From positions 43,263,575-43,327,574 of the forward strand of contig NC_083425.1 of assembly GCF_020745735.1 (NCBI RefSeq): DNA of 64,000 bases, in the 5' to 3' direction. This DNA comes from Hemiscyllium ocellatum. Lineage: Eukaryota. The translations under genes and the position numbers were made by a program. The notes beneath the pieces were generated by a model. That model made no database searches, had not been told where the DNA came from, and saw only the letters and a program-made list of their open reading frames with translations. Of this stretch, positions 39,409 through 52,614 are shown piece by piece; the stretch's first letter is position 1; the number at the start of each line of letters is the position of its first letter.

Positions 39409-40273
39409 GTAAGTATAAAGTGTTTGCATTGTTGAGGTAAAGGGCTCTGATTCAATTATATTTTTTCATTCATTACTCACCCTTTAACATGACAAGTTAA
39501 TGTTCAGACATAAATTCTCTGAACTGGCTGATTCAACAGATTAAGGCTGTTTTTACATTACTTTAAATACATAACATAAACTCAGAATTTATACATATCA
39601 AAGTTGGATAATACACTACGTTTACAATTGTACTATTACTCCTTGTCATCTTTGTTTCTTCATGCTCACTCTGGGTGAAGGTCATTAATATTAAACAAAG
39701 TAACAATTAACTGCTTTGATGTAGTAATTTATCCTTGAGATGTTTCAAAGTACTTTACAGCTAAGGAGTCACACTTGAAAGAGAGTTACTTCTGTAATAT
39801 AGAGAAACCTAGCATCCACTTATGCACATGTTACATAAATAAAATGAATGAGAAGATAATCAATAGACTCTAATGTAGAAGCATATTTTTCTAACAAATA
39901 GCTAGTGTTAGTACATTTAAAGGCAGTTGGGTAGAATGAAATCAATACACACATATATTTCTTTTTGTGGTCAGAGTTTATTGACTTCCTCACCTCAGTC
40001 TTAAGACTGTCATTCCACATTCAATATATGCATAAGTATACAATTAATTGTAATTTTCCTAATGTTTAGTACCAATCTTTCCAATATTAACCATAGAAAT
40101 AAATGTGTTTTTTTTCTCCTATGGTATACATTATCAACCATTAGCTGATCCCATAATCCCCATTCTTCAAAAATGTATTTTACATGTCAAAGAAAAGCGT
40201 TTGAAGAAAAAATGATATTCATATTTTTGTAACACAATACTCCATATTCTCATCTCAATATTCCATGTTCTTA

Positions 40274-42289
40274 TCAGAATGCAAGACATCCCTCTTTGAA
40301 GACATCTAATAATTTCTTAAGCAAGTATTTCACTTTGTGAAATAAAGGAACATTTGGTGACTTGTTTCAGCCAATTTTCTTTTAGAACTCTCTTTTCTTT
40401 GCTACGTTTCCTTCAAATTAGTAAGGTCAATTATTAAACTTTTCTCTGCATCACCCTTTGTCCAATGAACATTGTTCCGAATAGAATGATTTCCCATATA
40501 ATATTCTATGGGCATTTTTTTCATTCCAATGAGCAGTTAAATAAGGTTTCCTTCAGAATATTAGACTGGTATACTCCCATTTCCTTTACTTTTACTTATC
40601 TTCTACTCCTCATTTAACCATCTTTTTTGTATTCTTGGCTTTTCTGATAAATGGACAACTGATTATTCTTTCCCACTAAGAATAAGATTAATTTTCCTGT
40701 GGAATTTCCATCTAGATGATTGCTGGATGAAGCATCACTGAGAATGATTAACTTAATATCTTCTGCATAACTAAAGGTTGGATCTTGAGTGCACAGTTCC
40801 CTGATTTCAATTTATAAAATTTTATACTTGGTCTCCGAATCATAATACATTTAATATGGTATTCAGTTCCAACAAGTTTTGGATCCGGTCTAAGTGCACA
40901 AACAGTTCAATTGGCCAATCAAACTTCTCAACTGGTTTGTTTCCACTTTTGAGTTAGGATCATCTTTCTGTGAGGATCTGGTCCTAACTATTTGGATGCA
41001 ATTGACCTGCTGTATGAAAGAATGTTAATTGAAGGCCACTCCAGTCTTGTTCTGCTTGATGAACACTTCTATGTATTTAAAGGATCCTGAACAATTTTTA
41101 TCTATGTTACTTAAAATTTTATCAATCAACCATTGCTTAAAATATGCAGAATCTCCTAATAAAAGATCATTAATGTGCATCATAAAAATGCCTGCTAGTT
41201 GTCATGCTAATAAAATACTGCTGCGTTTACTTTGGATTAAATACTATCTGCTTTCAATGGGACAGGCTGCAACAGGAAGTTTCATATCCTTGATGTTTTA
41301 TTCAACTCATGAACACACTTGTTTAATTTTTACAGTTTCCTTTTCATATTGTTAGCTTCTTTATGGGAGCACAAAAAGACTCCCCTTTGAATGTTTCACT
41401 TGGAAAAATGTTTTCTTATCAATTGGTTTACATTCCCAGGAATATTGCCAAAAGACCAAGGCCAATCATCAGACTGTAGAATCATTGATTCTAATATTTG
41501 ACCCCCCTCCCCCTCCCCAAGTCTAGACTCTTCAACCCAATTCATTCATGCCGACCAGATATCCTAAATTAATTTAGACCCATTTGCCAGCATTTGGCCC
41601 ATGACATTCTAAACCTTCCCTATTTATATAGCCATCCAGTTGCCTTTGAAATGTTGTAATTAATCAACCTCTACCACTTCCTCTGGTAGTTCATTCCATA
41701 GTCTGGCTTTATAGTTATGCGTTCTGTCATGATGCACTTTTTCTGTGCATATTCATCTGTGTGGTAAGGCTAGTCATCACCTATCTGGCACCTCCATACA
41801 TACACCAAATTCTTTCCAGCTTTTCACAATTCTTCACTTGGCATCATCTATTACCTCTTATCAGTTCGTAACCACTAATACAACTCAATCAAAAGGACAC
41901 CTGTTTTTTTTTGACATCCCAATCATATTCTATGTTTCTTGTCTTTGTCAAACCATGACCTTCACTCACACTCCTCGCTCGTTCTGGACTACTGTAAGAT
42001 CCCCCAAAGTTCCTTTTCGAAGTCTACGATCTTTTCCTAGGACAGTAGGCACTTCTGGACCTCCTTTCAAACTCTAAGTGCATTTTCTGGCCTTTAACAT
42101 ATTCACCGAATTTTACCAATCCACAAAACTTAGCTGCTGTCTTACATGTTTAGCCGATGCTTCTATTGTATTCACTGTTGGCTTTCCCTTCTTGCAGTCT
42201 GTAATTGCAGCCTCCCTTCATTCACTGAATCCTTCTAAAATATACGCGATTCGAGTGCCAACTTTTTGCACGTTCCCTCTGGGACAACA
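40274..42289 (-). mobile_element. Ty1/Copia pol remnant: linker-RT-RNase H
   Basis: Minus-strand motifs SWKEFGV (41800-41821), IKAR, WECKPIDKKTFFQ (41400-41438), LAGIFMMHINDLL (decayed HVDD, 41160-41198), QLRSLIGQLN and KLIILSDAS (RNase H). Interrupted by a CR1 3' end at ~41475-41700. Confidence 0.8.
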
Positions 42290-43465
42290 GATACTGAGAA
42301 ACTATAACAGAAGAATGAACCCCAGGAATGACAGGGAATGGCTATCATGTGTGCTTTAGATGTGACCTTAAGTATCATTATGCAGTGAATTGCACTAAAT
42401 TGAAAAACAAGGTTTTCCAAATGACACATGACACAAATTTCAGAAAGAGAAGAGGGTGGTACAGATCAGTTGGAAGGAATTGTACTGGTCACAACATTTT
42501 GCCCAGTAATGAATACCTAGATTTTCAATTGCATTGTATTGGACAATAGGTGCAAATCCACAATTTGTGGAGTGCATTAGTAAGAATATTACCTGGGCTC
42601 TCTAAATGATGAAGACCAGAGTAAGGTAAAGGAGTTTAAGAGTTCTATATGCTTCAGTTATAAGGATGACAGCACACTGAAGTCAATGAAATGAGTTATG
42701 ATTTCATGTGAAATAGCAGGCGTAAACCATTTTATCAACATGGTTGTGGTTCCATTTCTATTGAACAATATCTACAAAAGGCTCAAATGAAATTGGATAT
42801 GGTACATAATAAGGAAATTCTTTTTGGGAATTCAGTGGTTTTACACTTTACAATGTCTGGATCTCATCAATCCTTTCAATTCTGTAATCAAATTATTGAA
42901 GATATGATAATAGCATCAGGGAATAGGGACTTCCTGGGGAAAATAAGCAAATTATTTTAAAACTACTTTGGGAGTTTACCCATACATCTTTTCACCGGTG
43001 AATATTCCTACTAAAGAATGTAGGGTTTAGGGACAATGAGAACAATAAACTTATAAAATAGATCAATGATATATGTGACATATATAAAAAAGGAAGGACA
43101 TCTTCATGGCCCACAGTGTGTTGCCCATTAGCAAAAGACATTAATAAAGTTGCAGCAATAGACATGAAGGTTTGGGATATGGAAAGAAACATTTTAATCT
43201 TACACTTTGTAAATATGACAACAAGGTTGAGCCAGCCCAGAGTAAGATATAGTAAAGTTAAAAAGAATGGTGGACAGCAGGACTGATGGCATTGTGATGT
43301 GAAATTGGGGATGTTAATGGTTGGAGAATGTTGTCAATGATGTGTTTAAAGATTTTGATGAATTGTAGTAATGGACATGACAATAGAAAGCCTGCCTCTT
43401 CATTAATTGAGTTTGTGAAAAAAAATACAAAAATAGATAGAATGCTTCATAAAATATTAGAAATA
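42290..43465 (+). mobile_element. Ty1/Copia remnant: gag zinc knuckle-protease-integrase
   Basis: CFRCDLKYHYAVNC (CX2CX4HX4C, 42352-42393), FNCIVLDNRCKSTICG (decayed LDSG protease, 42524-42571), PLAKDINKVAAIDMKVW...ILHFVNMTTR (integrase core, 43125-43226) and DRMLHKIL. Confidence 0.8.
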
Positions 43466-43759
43466 GGCAGTGTGGGCATTTCTGTTTGTGACACGCGCGG
43501 CGCCCTGTTTTATATTCCTCCTCTCCTGACATTCTGGATCTCACTACCCCCACCCCCGGAAGTGGGGAGTGATTCTGTGATTTCTGATCCTTTTTCTTTG
43601 ATCAGCCGTGAACTGACAGCACTCAGTGTTGATATCAAAGAGTGTCCTCAATGGTCTAGAGGTATTTTTAGTATACCTTTGGTGCTATGTGAACATTGCT
43701 GAAATAGGTATAATTTATTTCCCTAACTAGTTGTCCTTGAGAAGGCAATTGTGTAACAT

Positions 43760-44192
43760 GGAACATAGAACATTACAACGCAGAACAGTCCCTTCTGCCC
43801 TCGATGTTGTGTCAACCTATAAAAACAATCTGAAGCCCATCTAACCTATCCTATTCTATTCTAGTCCATATGTCTATCCAATGAGCATTTAAATGCCCTT
43901 AAAATAGGCAGGCAGTGCATTCCATGTCCCTACTACTCTCAGATTAAAGAAACTACCTCTGACATCTGTCCTATATCTTTCACCCCTCAATTTAAAGCTA
44001 TGTCCTCTCACGCTAGCCATCACCATCCCCAGGAAAAAGGCTCTCACTGTCCAACCTGGATAACCCTCTGATTATTTTATATGTCTCAATTAAGTCACCT
44101 CTCAACCTTCTCTCTAACAAAAACAGCCTCAAGGTCCTCAGCCTTTCCCCTTAAGACCTTCCCTCAATACTAGGCAACATTCTGGTAAATCT
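43760..44192 (-). mobile_element. CR1 3' end
   Basis: gaacatagaaca tail and the reverse complement of the CR1 ORF2 C-terminus. Confidence 0.85.
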
Positions 44193-44452
44193 CCTCGGGT
44201 GACTGTGTGGAGTTTACACATTCTCCCCGTGTCTGCGTGGGTTTCCTCCTGGTGCTCTGGTTTCCTCCCACAGTCCAAAGATGTGCAGGTTTGGTGAATT
44301 GGCCATGCTAAATTGCCCATAATGTTAGGTGCATTAGTCAGGAGTAAATACAGGGTAAGGGAATGGATCTGGGTGGGTTACTCTTTGGAGGTCAGTGTGG
44401 ACTTGTTAGGCCAAAGGACCTGTTTCCATACTGTAGAGAATCAAATCTAATC
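44193..44452 (+). mobile_element. HE1-like SINE, 5'-truncated
   Basis: V-domain and (aatct)n tail. Confidence 0.85.
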
Positions 44453-44459
44453 TCAGTTT

Positions 44460-46100
44460 ATACAAACTCAGTAGATGAGTCCTCAAATGTCCTTTTTGCA
44501 ACTATAATACTGTTCTTGACTAACAATGTCACCTGCCCCCCACCCCACCAGACACCACCTGCCGTGCCTTTACCATTTTCTTGTTCTTACTGAAGCATTT
44601 AAATCCTGGAAACTGCAATAACCATTTCTATCCCTGCTCTACTCATGTCTCTGAAATGGCCACAACATTGAAATCCCAGGTACCAATGCTGCAAGTTCAC
44701 CCAACTTATTCTGGATGCTCCTGGCATTGAAGGAGACACACTTCAAACCAACTTCTTGCTTGCCAGTGCCTTCTTGCAACCTTGAAATCTTAGTTTTGAC
44801 CTCATTACTCTCAACCTCCTGGAGATTTGAACTACAATTTAGGTTCCCATTCCCTGCTGAACTAGTTTAAATCTACCTGAAGAACATGCGCAAATATTCC
44901 CCCCCCCCCCCCCCCCCCCCCAGGATACTGGTACCCCTCTGGTTCATGTGAAAACCATCCTCCTCCAGAAAGAGCCCTAATTATCCAGGAATCCAAAATG
45001 CTTCCTCCTGCACCATCCCTGTAGCCATGTGTTCAACTCCTCTCTCTCCCTATTCCTCACCTCACTAGCACGTGCCACCACAACTAGTCAAAGATACTAA
45101 CTGTCTTTGCTCTAGCTTTAAGTTTCCATCCTAGCTCCCTGAATTTCTGTCTTGAATCCCTATCTCTCTTCCTGCCTATGTTGTTTGTGCCTCTGTGGAC
45201 CACGACTTGGAGCTGCTCCGCCTCCCCCTCGAGGATCCCAAAAACATGATCAGAAACATCATGAATCCTGGCACCTGGGAGGCAACACACCCTCTCTCAC
45301 TCCACAGAATCTCCTATCTGTCTGCCCAACTATGGAGTCCCCAATGATGAATGCTCTGCTCCTCTTCCCTTCTGAGCAACAGGGACAGACTCTGTGCCAG
45401 AGACCTGTGCCCCATTGCTTATCCCTGGTAAGTCGATTCCTCCCCCCTCCAACAGGATCCAAAACGGTAAATTTGTTGTTGAGGGGAATGGCCACAGAGG
45501 ATCCTTGCACACTGCCTGCGGTTCCCTTTTTGTCTCCTGACAGTAACCCATCTACCTTCTTTTTTCACCTGAGGTGTGATGACCTCCCTGCATCTTCTCT
45601 CAATAACCCTCTTCGCCTCCCAAATGATCCAAAGTTCAGCTAGCTCCAGCTTCAGTTCCCTAACACGGTTTTTGAGGAGCTGGAGTTGGGTGCATTTCCT
45701 GCAAATGCAGTCAGCAGGGACACTAGTGGTGACCCTTACCTCCCACATTCTGCAGGAGGAACATTCAACTGCCCTAACCACCATTCCCACTATTCTAAAT
45801 TCCCAACGAGATTACTGTAAACCTAAAAGAAATTAAAGAAACTAGTCACCTTACCAATCCAGTGCACAGACTTTTTGTTTTAGTTAGAGGAGGAGGATGG
45901 GTGGGAGACACTACCCGAGTAGTGTTCGGATAAAGTAACCACCCAAATATAAACTGCATTTACCCAGCAGTCCCATGTCTGCTCCTGCTTAGTGTGCGCT
46001 CCACCTATACATGAAGTAAACTTTTATCTATTTTAAATTTACCTTCCTGTCCGGCCTCTGGTCCTTGCTGTTGCTCCTTCCACTCCAACTGTTGCTGATA
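44460..46100 (-). mobile_element. CR1 5' region: ORF1 (zinc finger/coiled coil plus SGNH esterase) and start of ORF2 endonuclease
   Basis: VECSSCRMWE...CICRKCTQLQLLKNRVRELKLEL, IIGDSIV, CCLPGARI, VVHRGTNNIG, and an AISET motif near 44645-44660. Confidence 0.85.
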
Positions 46101-46156
46101 AAATGAAGAACGCTGAACCCCTGTTGTAAGCTTTTATTTATTATTGTGAGTCATAT

Positions 46157-46488
46157 AGAATAATAGAATCCTTACAGTGTGGAAGCAGACCATTTAGCCC
46201 ATCAAGTCCACACTGATCCTCTGAATAGCATCCCATCCAGACTCAGACCCACCCCCTACCCTATAACCCTGCATTTCCCATGGCTAACCTATCGACACCA
46301 TGGGCACTTTAGCATGGCCAACCTACCTAACCTGCACATCTTTGGTCTGTGGTAGGAAACCACAGCAACCAGAGCAAACCCACACAGACATGGGGACAAT
46401 GTGCAAACTATACACAGACAGTCACCCAAAGGTGGAATCGAACCCGGGTCCCTGGCGTTGTGAAGCAGCAGTGCCGATCATTGAGCCA
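46157..46488 (-). mobile_element. HE1-like SINE
   Basis: Reverse complement of head, V-domain and tail. Confidence 0.85.
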
Positions 46489-46764
46489 ACTTATTTGAAC
46501 TGCTGCTATTCAACTCACAGTGCTAGTTGGGAGACAGTTCCAGGATTTTGACCCAGCTATTAATGAACGGTGATATAATGCCAAGCCAAGATTGTAGACA
46601 TGGCCGGTTTGAAAGAAGCTAATGCTTTGGTGAGTTAATGCAGAATATGTTTTATGTGACAAATACCGCTGTCATTGTGCATCATTGGCAGATGGAATGA
46701 CTGTTCAAAGTGTTGAATGGATATTGAAATAAGTGGACAACTTCATCATGAAAAACATAATTCT

Positions 46765-47965
46765 TTGAGAAGGTGACTAAATAAGTGGATGAGGGTAAAG
46801 CAGTTAATGTGGTGTATATGGATTTCAGTAAGGCGTTTGAGAAGGTTCTTCACAGTAGGCTGTTGCACAAAATACAGAGGCATGAGATTGAGGGTGATTT
46901 AGCGGTTTGGATCAGAAATTGGCTAGCTGGAAGAAGAAGGTGGTGGTTGATGGGAAATGTTCATCCTGGACTTTAGTCTCTATTGGTATACTGCAAGGAT
47001 CTGTTTTGGGTCCACTGCTGTTTATCATTTTTATAAATGACCTAGATGAGGGTGTAGAATGCTGGCATTGTAAATTTGCGGATGACACTAAGATTGGTGG
47101 AGTTGTGGATAATGCTGAAGGATGTTGCAGGTTATAGAGGGACATAAATAAGCTGCAGAGCTGGGCTGAGAGGTGGAAAATGGAGTTTAATGCAGAAAAA
47201 TGTGAGGTAATTCACATTGGAAGGAGCAACAGTATTAAAGAGTACTGGGCTAATGGTAAGATTTTTCATAGTGTAAATGAGCAGAGAGCCTCAGTGTCCA
47301 ACTACATAGATCCCTGAAAGATGCCACCCAGGTTGATAAGAAGAAGTTATGAAGAAGGCATACAGTGTAGTAGCTTTTATTGGTAGAGGGATTGAGTTTC
47401 AGCACCACAAGATCAGGCTGCAGCTGTACAAAAGTCTAGTGCGGCCGCACTTGGAGTATTGCCTACAGTTCTGGTCACCGCATTATAGGAAGGATGTGGA
47501 AGCTTTGGAAAGGGTTCAGAGGAGATTTACTAGGGTGTTGCCTGGTATGGAGGAAAAACTGATTGACTTGAGGTTGTTTTTGTTAGAGACTAGAAGGTTG
47601 AGAGGTGGCTTAATTGAGACATATAAGGTAATCAGAGGGTTAGATAGGTTGGACAGTGAGAGCCTTTTTCCTCGATCTGATGGCTAGCATGAGGGGACAC
47701 AGCTTTAAATTGAGTGGTGATAGATATAGGACAGATGTCAGAGGTAGTTTCTTTACTCAGAGAGTAGTAGGGGCATGGAATGCACTGCCTGCCACAGTAG
47801 TAAACTCACCAACTTTAAGGTAATTTAAATTGTCATTGGATAAACATATGGATGAAAATGGCATAGTGTAGAATAGACGGGCTTCAGATTGGTTCCAAAG
47901 GTCGGCGCAACATCGGTAGCCAAAGGGCCTGTCCTGCACTGTAATGTTCTATATTCTATGTTCTA
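46765..47965 (+). mobile_element. CR1 LINE RT to 3' end
   Basis: YMDFSKAFEKV, LQGSVLGPLLFIIFINDLD, KFADDTKIG, LYKSLVRPHLEYC, and a (ttctat)n tail. Confidence 0.92.
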
Positions 47966-47967
47966 TA

Positions 47968-48960
47968 GTGATCTTCTTGAGGGGTGTTGGTAGAGCATTC
48001 TATCATACTCTTCACTTGCACTTTGTTGATGATGGACAGTTTTGGGAAACCAGGAGGTAAGTTACTCCCTGCCGAATTCCACCCTCTGACCTACCTTTGT
48101 AGCCACAGTACTTAAAAGGCTTAAAAGGCTGGTCCAGTTCAGTTCCTGGTCAATGATAACACCCCCAGGATGTTGAAAGTTGGAGATTCAGCAATGGTAA
48201 TGCCATGGAGAAATGGTTCGATTTTCTCTTGCTGAAGAGGGTCATGAGCTGGCACCTCTGTGACTTAAATCTTTCTTGCCAAGCCTGAATGTTGTCCAGC
48301 TATTAATGCACAAATACATGGTCTGCTTCAGTATCTGAGGAATTGCAAATGGAACTAAATTTTGTGTAAACATTCCCACCTTTGAACCTATGATAGAGAG
48401 AGGTTTATTATTGATGCAGCTGAAGATAGTGATGCCCAAGTCAGAGATGGTCTGGAACTGAGATGATTAGTGTCCTTTGAGTAGATATGAATTCAACCAG
48501 TTCCCCACTGATTCCCATTGATTTTGATTTTGCTCAGGCTCCCTCGTACTGCATTCACTCAAATTATAACTCAATGTCAATTCACCGTACATCTTGTGTC
48601 AGCTCCAGATTTGAACAAAGGTGTAATGAGTTCAGGAGCCGTGTCGCCTTGATGGAACTCAGACTGAAAAATAGGGAGCAATTTATTGCCATTTAACTTC
48701 TGCTTTCTAGCACTGTCAGCATTTCCTTCCATCATTTTATGCCAATGATCAGGAGCAGAGCCATGGGTAGTAAATGACTAGATTAGATTTCTTCTGCTTT
48801 TTGCAGACTGTAAATACCTCAGCAGATTTTTCTAATTGTCTTCAGGCTATAGTACTCCAGTGCTTCCAGTTGGAGTGAATCAAGTTGGTTGAAAATTGGT
48901 TTCAATGACTTTGGGAGCCTCAGGAGGAGGCTAAAGTAAATGGCTCATATTTCTGCGTGA
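47968..48960 (-). mobile_element. Decayed L2/Crack-like LINE fragments
   Basis: Co-linear similarity to 18500-19910, e.g. ttcctggtcaatgataacacccccaggatgttga. Confidence 0.55.
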
Positions 48961-49002
48961 AAGTGGTTCACATATTGGGATGAACACTACGTGAAGATGT
49001 GT

Positions 49003-49316
49003 GGGCGGCTCAGTGGTTCACACTGCTGCCTCACAATGCCAGGGACCCAGATTCGATTCCAGCCTTGGGTGACTGTCTGTGTGAAGTTTGCACATTCTCC
49101 CTGTGTCTGTGTGGGTTTCCTCCCACAGTCCAAAGATGTGCAGGTCAGGTGAATTGGCTATGTTAAATTGCCCATAGTGCTAGGTGCATTAGTCAGAGGG
49201 AATTGGGTCTGGGTGTGTTCCTCTTCGGAGGGTCGGTGTGGACTGGCTGGGCCGAAGAGCCTGTTTCCACAATGTAGGGAATCTAATGTAATCAAGATTA
49301 TTCTATCTAATCTAAT
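49003..49316 (+). mobile_element. HE1-like SINE
   Basis: tRNA head, V-domain and tail. Confidence 0.88.
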
Positions 49317-51059
49317 CAAGCCAAAAAAAAACAGTGACACCAGATGTAGGAACACGTAAATGAATGATAATTAAGGAAAACTGCTTTTGGGCAGAGCAGA
49401 CAAGGAAAGAAAATGGTTTTGTAAAGGACTGGAAGACTCACTCTGTCTCTCTGCCTCTCAGAAGAAGATACAGGGTGAAAAAGCAAATTGGCGAAATATC
49501 CATTCATTGACAAGGGCTCTACAAATTTCCCAACAGCAGAGGACATAGATGTCAACAACGATTGAGTTATTTAATGCCTACCACGCAACTGAAGAGCTAT
49601 GGTCTCATGTTTAACTGGAGCAAATCAAGAGTTCTGAAAACTTTATGAACTGCATGTTCTTTATATTCCTATTTTACTGGACGCTCACTTCCCTTTTTAA
49701 ACATTATATTTGAGTTTGTGTGAATGGCTGTTATTGTCTATATTTTCTTGGGATTAGTAAGTAATAAAATTCCTCTTTCCTTTGCTCAAGTAAACCCTGG
49801 AATTGACTCCAGAATTTTGATGAGCATTGTGTTTCAATCAAAGTGCTTTGTAGCAGCATGCTAAAAAAAATGAATGATTTGTGTTACCTACTGGGGAGGT
49901 TAAAAAGAATAGAACGGATATTCTCCATTTGTAACCCTGAGGTGGTAATTGATTGGATCAGACTTGTCCTGCTTTTTATAGACAGAATGTACCTGCAGAA
50001 TTTCCACATTGACTTCAGTCTTCAGCACTACTGCCAGGATTTTTCAAGGCCCTTCTCAATCATGCCTATATCCAGTGCCACCACCAGGTTTTAGGTATCA
50101 TGTGGAGTAAATCAAATTGGGCACCTCAGGAGGAGGCTAAGATCGGTTGTTACTTCTGGCTGTCGATGGTTGCAAATGCTTCACACCTCTTCTCCACATA
50201 ATTGCCCACCACCATTCCCAACTGGATGTAGAAGAACTGCAGAGCTTTGACCTAATCCATTGGCTTCTCTGTGCTCAAAAGCAACTTCTGCTGTCTAATA
50301 TTCAGGTTGTCATGTATTATAGTTTCACCAGGATCATATCTCATATGCAGAAATGCTCAGTCTTGCTAGGGTTGTGCAGCCATAGGGTGGAACCTTATTA
50401 GGATCTGAGAGACATTGGCTATGATAAGATGTGTAGCAGAACCGAGCAACAAGTGTGACAAGTACCTATCTCAACATCGGGAGCAATATGCAACATCATT
50501 ATTGCTTTTCACAAGGTGCACGGCAAGATATTCACCAGGCCATGTCAAGATGTCAACTGATGAGCATTGACATGTTAAACTTCATGTTACTGACACAACT
50601 CACCTTATTAATATTCTTCCTCATCTTAGGAAATTAGTCTGGTGTCATGCCCTCCACTGCTGGGCCTAGGGGGAAAAGGAAGCCCCAAATTCACACTATC
50701 CCATCCAGAAAGTTCTACAGGTCACCAGTTTCCCCCATTTGTTAGGTCTGGGGCAAATGCCAGGAACCATATTGGGCAGCTCCTTTGTGGCAAGATTTGT
50801 CTACATGTACAAGGGGCTTTTAAAGATGGTACCCAGCATGAAGGATTCTGGTTTCTTCTGGAATACTTAGTGAGTGGCGAGTTTATCTGGAAATGGCATG
50901 TGCTAAAATGCAGCAGAAATGAGATGTAAGAGAAGCCATAGATGCATGCTAGGCAATTAGTGGGAAGTTTGGTGAGATATGGTGAGAGAGCTGGTTAGGC
51001 CTTGTGGCAACAAACAGTCCCAAAAAAATTTCCAACATAACTCGGACTTAAGCATAAAA

Positions 51060-51540
51060 ACATAAGATTCAGGCTCTGGAATGTGCAGCTCAGGAAGAGG
51101 CTCTTTGGTCCATCGTGTCTCTGTAGGATATCAAGCACGTACTTATCCTAGTTCCATTTTTCTTCATTTGATTTGTAGCCTTGTAGGCTGTGAACACTTC
51201 AAGCATTCATCTGCAAACACTTTCAATGTTGTGATAAGTTTCAAGCAATGACTTTTCCGTTACTTACCAGCCTCTGGATGAAAGGTTTGTTCCTTAAATC
51301 ACCTCTAAGACTCCTGCTCCTTATCTTAACTCTATCGCCTCTAGTCATTGACAACCCTACTGAGGGCAAAAGTTCCTTCCTATCTATCCACCTTTTACAT
51401 TGTTTTGTCGACCTCAATCAGGTCCATCCTTAGCCTTTTCTAAAAGAAAACAACCCCAACCTATTTAATACCTTTTCTTTACTGAATCACTCTAGACCAG
51501 ACAACATCCTGATGAATCTCCTCTGGACTCTCAGTAGTGT
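51060..51540 (-). mobile_element. Old CR1 3' fragment
   Basis: Reverse-complement CR1 C-terminus, e.g. caacatcctgatgaatctcctctggactctc. Confidence 0.65.
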
Positions 51541-51623
51541 AGAGTCAAGAGTATGTTGCTGGAAAAGCACAGCAGGTCAGGCAGCATCCGAGGAGCAAGA
51601 GAATCACGTTTCGGGCCGGAGCC
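51541..51623 (-). mobile_element. PLE family A single arm
   Basis: gttgctggaaaagcacagcaggtcaggcagcatccgagg...cgtttcgggccggagcc, ending within HHR stem II. Confidence 0.75.
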
Positions 51624-51864
51624 TAATCCCATCTTGTTGGGGATAAAACTCTGACCTTCTACTACCATTTACATGAAGAAGTTCTGTCTGATATTATCTT
51701 AACTCAATTTAATATCAAGTCCTTATTCAGGATTCAAACAGCAAAGATAAAAGAATACATTCTAGCTATCCTATCAATGCTCCAATAACCTCAAGTGTCT
51801 CATTTTGATCTCTCCTTAATCTTTAATAAACAAGACAGTATACACCTTGTCTATGAAACTTTCA

Positions 51865-51970
51865 AAAAAAAGGAAAGAACAGCAGATGCTGTAAATCTGA
51901 AGCAACATAAAATTTGCTGGAGAAACTCAACAGGTCTGGCAGCATCTGGTCCAGTGACCCTCCTTCAGAA
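51865..51970 (-). mobile_element. PLE family C arm fragment with extension
   Basis: Matches 56602-56740 and ends at tccttcagaa. Confidence 0.6.
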
Positions 51971-52614
51971 TGATTCTGAACAAATACACTTGAGCACCTT
52001 TCTTACTTAGGCCTAAAGTGAATGAACTCAGACCCCTTCACATGGAACTCTGTTTGTCATGGTCTTTCCCACTTGAATCGATTAATTAATGCTGATGAAT
52101 GCTACCTAGCTTAGCATCATTCACAAAGCTCCATATGTATAACTCAAAGTTACACCTTACACCATGCATGGCATTTGTAAATGCAGTCTGAAACTGAGGA
52201 CCCAATGCAAATCCTCTAGTTACATCTTGCTAATTGGAATATTTATCCATGATTTCTCCTGTCTGTCCCATACCTCATAAACAATTCCTTACCTATGCCA
52301 TTAAGTTACTTCCAATTCTATGTGCTTTCATTTTTGTTAACAATATATCATGATGGACCATATTTGATGCCTTCATCATCATAAGGAGGTCCATAGACAC
52401 TCCTTAACCAGAAAGTTAGCTGCTCAAGAATGTCAGATGACATTGTCGACCTCAGTCAGGCCCATCCTTAGCCTTCTGTAAAAGAAATCAACCCCAGCCT
52501 ATTTAATATCTCTTCTTTACTGAATCACTCTAGACCAGGCAACATCCTGATGAATCTCCTCTGGACTCTCAGTAGTGTAGAGTCAAGAATATGTTTCTGG
52601 AAAAGCACAGCAGA

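Noticed and set aside
44899-44921. Poly-C run of about 23 nt
   Set aside because: A homopolymer expansion inside a CR1, whose length may be a sequencing artefact.
49330-49935. Possible solo LTR between L2-like fragments
   Set aside because: It has an aataaa and LTR-like composition, but I could not define TG...CA ends, a TSD or a second copy.
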